DNA from: Candidatus Amesbacteria bacterium RIFCSPLOWO2_01_FULL_49_25
Lineage (GTDB): Bacteria; Patescibacteriota; Microgenomatia; CAZETR01; Amesbacteraceae
Direction: 5' to 3'
DNA length: 64,000 nucleotides
Assembly (NCBI GenBank): GCA_001773725.1
Contig: MEXP01000020.1
Coordinates: 102,767 to 166,766, forward strand
The notes under the pieces are model-generated. The model worked only from the letters and a program-made list of their open reading frames with translations, searched no databases and was not told the DNA's origin. A program made the translations under genes and the position numbers. This document shows, piece by piece, positions 59,646 through 64,000 of the stretch; positions within the stretch are counted from its first letter, which is position 1; each line of letters opens with the position of its first letter.

Positions 59646-61235
59646 ATGACCGAATTTGAAATTATCCAAAAACTTCTGGCCAATAGGGGACTGACGACCA
59701 AAGAAACCGTTGAAGAATTCTTTCACCCCGCCCATCCCAAAGACATTTCTTCTCCATTCGACTCTAAATCCGCAATTCAATTAATTAAATCGCATATCAA
59801 ATCCGGTAACAAAATATATATTTATGGCGACTACGACGTGGACGGCATCTGCGCCACCGCCATTTTGTGGGAAACATTGTATCCCCAATACCAAAACGTT
59901 TTCCCCCATATTCCCCATCGTCGTGATGAAGGCTATGGCCTGTCCCAAAAGGGGATAGACCACTGTTTGGAACAAGGGGCCAAATTAATCATCACCGTCG
60001 ACAACGGCATTACTGCCCTCGATCAGGTTAAATACTGTCGGGATAAAGACTGCGACATCATCATTATCGATCACCACGAACCGGCGGACACTCTCCCTCC
60101 CGCCAACGAGGTTTTATATTCATCAGATACGTGCGCCGCCGGTCTCACCTGGTTCTTCTGTCGCGACTTCACTAGAACCTGTGACCTAAAACCTAATCCC
60201 TCTCTTTTAGAACTCGTAGCCTTAGCCACCATCTGCGACATCGTTCCCCTTTTGGGGACCAACCGCAGCTTCGCCAAATTTGGCCTGGAAGAGCTCAACC
60301 GCACCGCCCGCCCCGGACTCCTCGCCCTCTTCAAAGAGGCCAATCTAATTTCCAACTCCCTAACCCCCTATCACGTCGGTTTCATCATCGGACCCAGACT
60401 AAACGCCGCAGGTCGCCTGGAACATGCTCTGGACTCTCTCCGCCTCTTATGCATCCGTGATCCTCAAAAAGCCGAAAGTCTGGCCAACAAGCTCGGAGAA
60501 ACCAACCGCACCCGCCAGGATCTGACCCGATCTTCAGTTGAGCATGCTTTTTCTCAAATAAACCTCACCAGCGTTATAGTTACCGCACACGAATCTTTCG
60601 ATGAGGGAATTATTGGTCTGATTGCCGCCAAGCTAGTCGAAAAACACCACCATCCCGCTATTGCCATTAGTATTAGGCCAACCATTTCCAAAGGCTCTGC
60701 CAGGTCCGTACCCGGTTTTCATATCACCGAGCATTTACGTACAGCTTCTCATTTGCTAGTCAACGTAGGCGGTCACGCCATGGCCGCCGGCTTCACCGTC
60801 GAAACGTCTCAGATCCAAGAATTAATATCCCATATCTCCAATCCCGATATCTCCCCCGACCTCTTAATCAAAAAACCCCGCGTCGACTGTGAAATCTCGC
60901 TGGAGCAAATTAACTTAGACTTGTATTCTCAACTTAAATTGTTTGAGCCGTATGGTCTCGGCAATCCCACCCCGGTCTTTCTTACCAAAAACGTGACCAT
61001 TTCAAACCCCCGTCACATCGGCAAACAAAATCAGCACCTGAAATTCAACATAAACGGCCTCGAAGCCATTTACTTTAACCCTCCCTCTCCTGAATTGAGG
61101 AGAGGGGCCGGGAGTGAGGTTGACTTAACTTACCAAATCGACCTCAATACCTGGAACGGCCAATCCAGGCTGCAGCTCATCGTCAAAGACATTCAGGCTC
61201 AGGATTCAAATTACGACGTTCGCAGAGATTTATAA
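59646..61235 (+). CDS. recJ: ssDNA exonuclease RecJ
   Basis: YGDYDVDG, ITVDNG, IDHH, PRLNAAGR, GSARS, GGHAMAAG, EPYGLGN. Confidence 0.97.
   Translation: MTEFEIIQKLLANRGLTTKETVEEFFHPAHPKDISSPFDSKSAIQLIKSHIKSGNKIYIYGDYDVDGICATAILWETLYPQYQNVFPHIPHRRDEGYGLSQKGIDHCLEQGAKLIITVDNGITALDQVKYCRDKDCDIIIIDHHEPADTLPPANEVLYSSDTCAAGLTWFFCRDFTRTCDLKPNPSLLELVALATICDIVPLLGTNRSFAKFGLEELNRTARPGLLALFKEANLISNSLTPYHVGFIIGPRLNAAGRLEHALDSLRLLCIRDPQKAESLANKLGETNRTRQDLTRSSVEHAFSQINLTSVIVTAHESFDEGIIGLIAAKLVEKHHHPAIAISIRPTISKGSARSVPGFHITEHLRTASHLLVNVGGHAMAAGFTVETSQIQELISHISNPDISPDLLIKKPRVDCEISLEQINLDLYSQLKLFEPYGLGNPTPVFLTKNVTISNPRHIGKQNQHLKFNINGLEAIYFNPPSPELRRGAGSEVDLTYQIDLNTWNGQSRLQLIVKDIQAQDSNYDVRRDL
61083..61120 (+). 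repeat. REP-like palindrome embedded in-frame in recJ
   Basis: CCCTCTCCT-gaattg-AGGAGAGGG followed by GCCGGGAGTGAGG. Confidence 0.6.
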
Positions 61236-61429
61236 ACAGCCGGCCCAAACTGTGCCTCATATGGAACCCCAGGGCGTAGTGCTCCTACAGCCGCAGGCCC
61301 TAAAAGAGACATAGCCGCACTAGCTTCTTTCTCTCGTGCCTTTCTTTGCTCTTCAGCTAATGCCGCAGCCGCTTCTCTTTGCTTCACATAATCGCCAACT
61401 GTTCTTGTTGGTTGAGTTTCATTTGCCAT
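61211..61429 (-). CDS. Small hypothetical protein (Ala/Glu-rich helix)
   Basis: 72-aa ORF preceded by a strong AAGGAGGTGA SD. Confidence 0.65.
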   Translation of the reverse strand: MANETQPTRTVGDYVKQREAAAALAEEQRKAREKEASAAMSLLGPAAVGALRPGVPYEAQFGPAVYKSLRTS

Positions 61430-61451
61430 TTAGACTATCACCTCCTTACAT

Positions 61452-61478
61452 AAAAAAACCTCCCTTTTCGGGAGGTTT
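61452..61478 (-). terminator. Intrinsic terminator inside the leader of the 61211-61429 gene
   Basis: AAACCTCCC-gaaaa-GGGAGG followed by a 7-nt U run on the minus strand. Confidence 0.75.
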
Positions 61479-61601
61479 GAAAGTTTATTTAACTTCTTTC
61501 TTTCTTACCTCCCACACATGCTCCAAATCTGGCGCACATGAGAGCAGTCCTTAAGAAGTACTGCCACAGGGGTAAAAAAAGATTGGCCTAACATTGCCCT
61601 A

Positions 61602-61631
61602 ATTTTAGACCCTTGGTTTACAACTTGTCAA
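61602..61631 (-). promoter_or_regulatory. Sigma70-type promoter TTGACA-18-TAAAAT
   Basis: Near-consensus boxes on the minus strand, about 170 nt upstream of ATG 61429. Confidence 0.65.
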
Positions 61632-61667
61632 GCTGTAGAATCGGAGTCACTTCAACCCCACAATTTT

Positions 61668-62963
61668 ATGACCAGAACCCTCATTACTGACACCGTATCC
61701 CGGGTAGGGGAGACTGTATTGGTTAAAGGCTGGGTCAATACTAGGCGTGATCATGGCCAGATCGTCTTTATCGATTTGCGCGATCGCACCGGGTTACTCC
61801 AAATAGTAACCCGCCCTGAGCTTGCCGAAGGGCTTCACGCTGAAGATGTTATCTATGTTGTCGGCACTGTTGCCAAGCGTCCGGAAAAACTAATCAACCC
61901 CAAACTCCCGACGGGTACTGTGGAAGTTCAGGCGGAAAAAGTTGAGCTCATCTCAAAATCCGCCGAGCTGCCCTTCGACATGGGCAGCCCCACCCTGAAT
62001 CTTGAGTTACCAACTCTTTTGGATCATCGCTCTCTTACCTTACGCCATCCAAAAGTTCAAACCATTTTTCAGGTCCAAGCGTCATTGGTTGAAAATTTCC
62101 GTCAAGCCGCCAAAGGTATTGGTTGCATAGAAATTTTCCCCCCCACCATATCCACCTCAGCCACCGAAGGCGGAGCGGATGTTTTGCCGGTCGATTATTT
62201 TGGTCACTCGGCCTTTCTTGTCCAAAGTCCTCAACTCTACAAACAAATGCTGGTCGGGGTCTTCGAACGCGTATTTATAATCACTCATGTTTACCGGGCC
62301 GAACCATCGGTTACCACTCGTCACTTGGTAGAGTCCATCCAAATGGACTGCGAAATTGGTTTTATAGACTCTTTTTCAGAACTTCTGGATGCCATGGAAA
62401 CCGTTTTTTCCCAAACTATCGAAAATACCCAGAATCAGTTTGAAGTCCAACCCAGTCTGGTTACCAACAAAATTCCCCGTCTTACCATGCGCGAAGCCCA
62501 AAAAATTATCCAAGACCGAACCGGTGTCGATCATACGAAAGAACCGGACCTTATGCCCGAGGATGAACGGGAAATTTGTGCCTGGGCCAAGGAAACCCAT
62601 CAATCGGATCTGGTGACCATTACTCATTTCCCCACCCGCAAACGCGCTTTTTATTCTCTCCCCGACCCAGATAACCCCGAATACTCCTTAAGCTACGACT
62701 TGTTGTACAAAGGATTAGAAATTAGCAGCGGCGCACAAAGAATCCATGATCTCGACCAATTGAAACAGACTATTATTGACCGGGGAATGGATCCAGCTGG
62801 TTTTGCCATGTATCTTCAGGCCTTCGAATACGGCATGCCCCCCCATGGCGGCTTCTCGTTCGGCTTGGAACGATCCACCATGAAACTTTTGGACCTGGGA
62901 AATATTCGTGAAGCCTCTCTCTTCCCCCGAGACACGGAACGGGTAGATTTCAGACTGTCATGA
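61668..62963 (+). CDS. aspS: Aspartate--tRNA ligase, short archaeal-like (probably non-discriminating) type
   Basis: GWV...RDHG..FIDLRD, QSPQLYKQ, YRAEPS.T.RH, EISSGAQR, GMPPHGG; no GAD domain. Confidence 0.93.
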   Translation: MTRTLITDTVSRVGETVLVKGWVNTRRDHGQIVFIDLRDRTGLLQIVTRPELAEGLHAEDVIYVVGTVAKRPEKLINPKLPTGTVEVQAEKVELISKSAELPFDMGSPTLNLELPTLLDHRSLTLRHPKVQTIFQVQASLVENFRQAAKGIGCIEIFPPTISTSATEGGADVLPVDYFGHSAFLVQSPQLYKQMLVGVFERVFIITHVYRAEPSVTTRHLVESIQMDCEIGFIDSFSELLDAMETVFSQTIENTQNQFEVQPSLVTNKIPRLTMREAQKIIQDRTGVDHTKEPDLMPEDEREICAWAKETHQSDLVTITHFPTRKRAFYSLPDPDNPEYSLSYDLLYKGLEISSGAQRIHDLDQLKQTIIDRGMDPAGFAMYLQAFEYGMPPHGGFSFGLERSTMKLLDLGNIREASLFPRDTERVDFRLS

Positions 62964-63898
62964 AGCGGATAAAGAAAAAAATAAAAAAAATCCGGATCCA
63001 GTCAGCATTTATCCTTGGCTTGATTGGCTCTGGAACCCTACTAATAGGGATCCTTTCATTGCTTATCTTTTCCGCTTCTCCAGTACCTTCCCCCATCACC
63101 TATAACGACAGTCCCCAGCCGACCCCCGCCCCCACCTCTGCCCCCGCTCCTCGGCCGGTATTGAATTCCGCCCTGCCTCAAATCACCGCCGGCCACGTCA
63201 TCATTTTAGACCGTGATTCTCAAACCGTTTTATACCAAAACCAGGCCGACACTCCCGTTCCTCCAGCTTCCACTACCAAAATTATGACAGCGCTGGTGGT
63301 TCTGGAGAACTTGCCCTTAAATCGTCAAATAACCGTCACCAGTTCATTTACCGATGGTCAAGTTGCCGGGTTTTTACCCGGGGAAACTTTTACCGTAGAA
63401 CAATTGCTCTATGCCATGTTGGTCCAATCTGCCAACGACGCGGCCGAAACTCTCGCAGAAAACTTCACCGGGGGCAGAATATCTTTCATAGCCGCCATGA
63501 ACGCCAAAGCCAAAAGCCTCCACCTTTACAACACCAATTTTATCAATCCCACCGGCCTGGATGAGGACAATCACTACTCATCCGCTTCAGACCTGGCCCG
63601 TCTGGCAGATGTCGCGATGAAAAATCAAGAATTCTCCCGCATCGTTGCGACCGAAAATACAGTTTTACCGGGAAATCATGTTTTCACCAACGTCAATGAG
63701 CTTTTAAGCAAGGTCCCCGGAGTCCTGGGGATAAAAACCGGATTTACCGACAATGCCGGCCAAGCTCTAGTCACTTTGGTAAACCAGGGCCACACTTTAA
63801 TCATCGTGGTCTTAAAAAGTACAGATCGCTTCGACGACACTCAAAAATTGATTCGCTGGGCCTACTCTAGCTTCACTTGGACTCCTCCAGGTACTTAG
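62960..63898 (+). CDS. D-alanyl-D-alanine carboxypeptidase (peptidase S11)
   Basis: PASTTKIMTA (SxxK), SAND (SxN), KTG. Confidence 0.95.
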   Translation: MKRIKKKIKKIRIQSAFILGLIGSGTLLIGILSLLIFSASPVPSPITYNDSPQPTPAPTSAPAPRPVLNSALPQITAGHVIILDRDSQTVLYQNQADTPVPPASTTKIMTALVVLENLPLNRQITVTSSFTDGQVAGFLPGETFTVEQLLYAMLVQSANDAAETLAENFTGGRISFIAAMNAKAKSLHLYNTNFINPTGLDEDNHYSSASDLARLADVAMKNQEFSRIVATENTVLPGNHVFTNVNELLSKVPGVLGIKTGFTDNAGQALVTLVNQGHTLIIVVLKSTDRFDDTQKLIRWAYSSFTWTPPGT

Positions 63899-64000
63899 GA
63901 TCCACCGCCTGGACATAGGCAAAAAAGTCCTCGTCTCCCTCAAACACAAAAACCGGCTGTACAAAAGCTTGCAGATCGTCGGACTCGTAATAAGCCAGGC
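63873..64000 (-). CDS. C-terminus of a hypothetical protein entering from beyond the window
   Basis: Open frame ...LAYYESDDLQAFVQPVFVFEGDEDFFAYVQAVDPKYLEESK-stop. Confidence 0.6.
   Translation of the reverse strand, partial: LAYYESDDLQAFVQPVFVFEGDEDFFAYVQAVDPKYLEESK

Noticed and set aside
59625-59780. Long N-terminal extension of cca in the ORF track
   Set aside because: It overlaps recJ antisense; homology begins at ATG 59624.

Overview
This is a core-genome segment of a reduced bacterium. Its gene content, short IF2, short AlaRS/AspRS and Lon fragment suggest Patescibacteria (CPR), probably Microgenomates; this is inferred from protein features, not a database hit. The window holds fusA (partial), dnaJ-nusA-infB, rpsO-pnp, udg-rnj-ftsK, alaS-sortase-ruvX-mltG, rpoB-rpoC-rpsL-rpsG-rpsD-rpoA-rplQ-rplM-rpsI, tRNA-Pro(GGG), recA-recX-rny, HU, a five-gene ABC-2 cluster, miaA, RNase P RNA, secDF, cca, recJ, aspS and a D-Ala-D-Ala carboxypeptidase. 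I saw no CRISPR array, prophage or transposase. Most notable: (1) a minus-strand locus (6066-7196) where the 5' leader and 3' trailer of a secreted Pro/Thr-rich gene pair across about 1 kb into a four-way junction; the protein has a Chloroflexi-like YLPLV tail and lies directly upstream of a GT2 synthase plus GT-C/GH8 fusion; (2) an RNA polymerase beta' whose trigger loop has lost the MRTFH motif, with co-divergent bridge helix and rifampicin pocket; (3) a candidate attenuator/riboswitch leader at 61430-61600; (4) many leaderless-type promoters, heptamer repeats inside housekeeping genes, and several stripped-down enzymes. All RNA structures were folded by hand and need computational confirmation.
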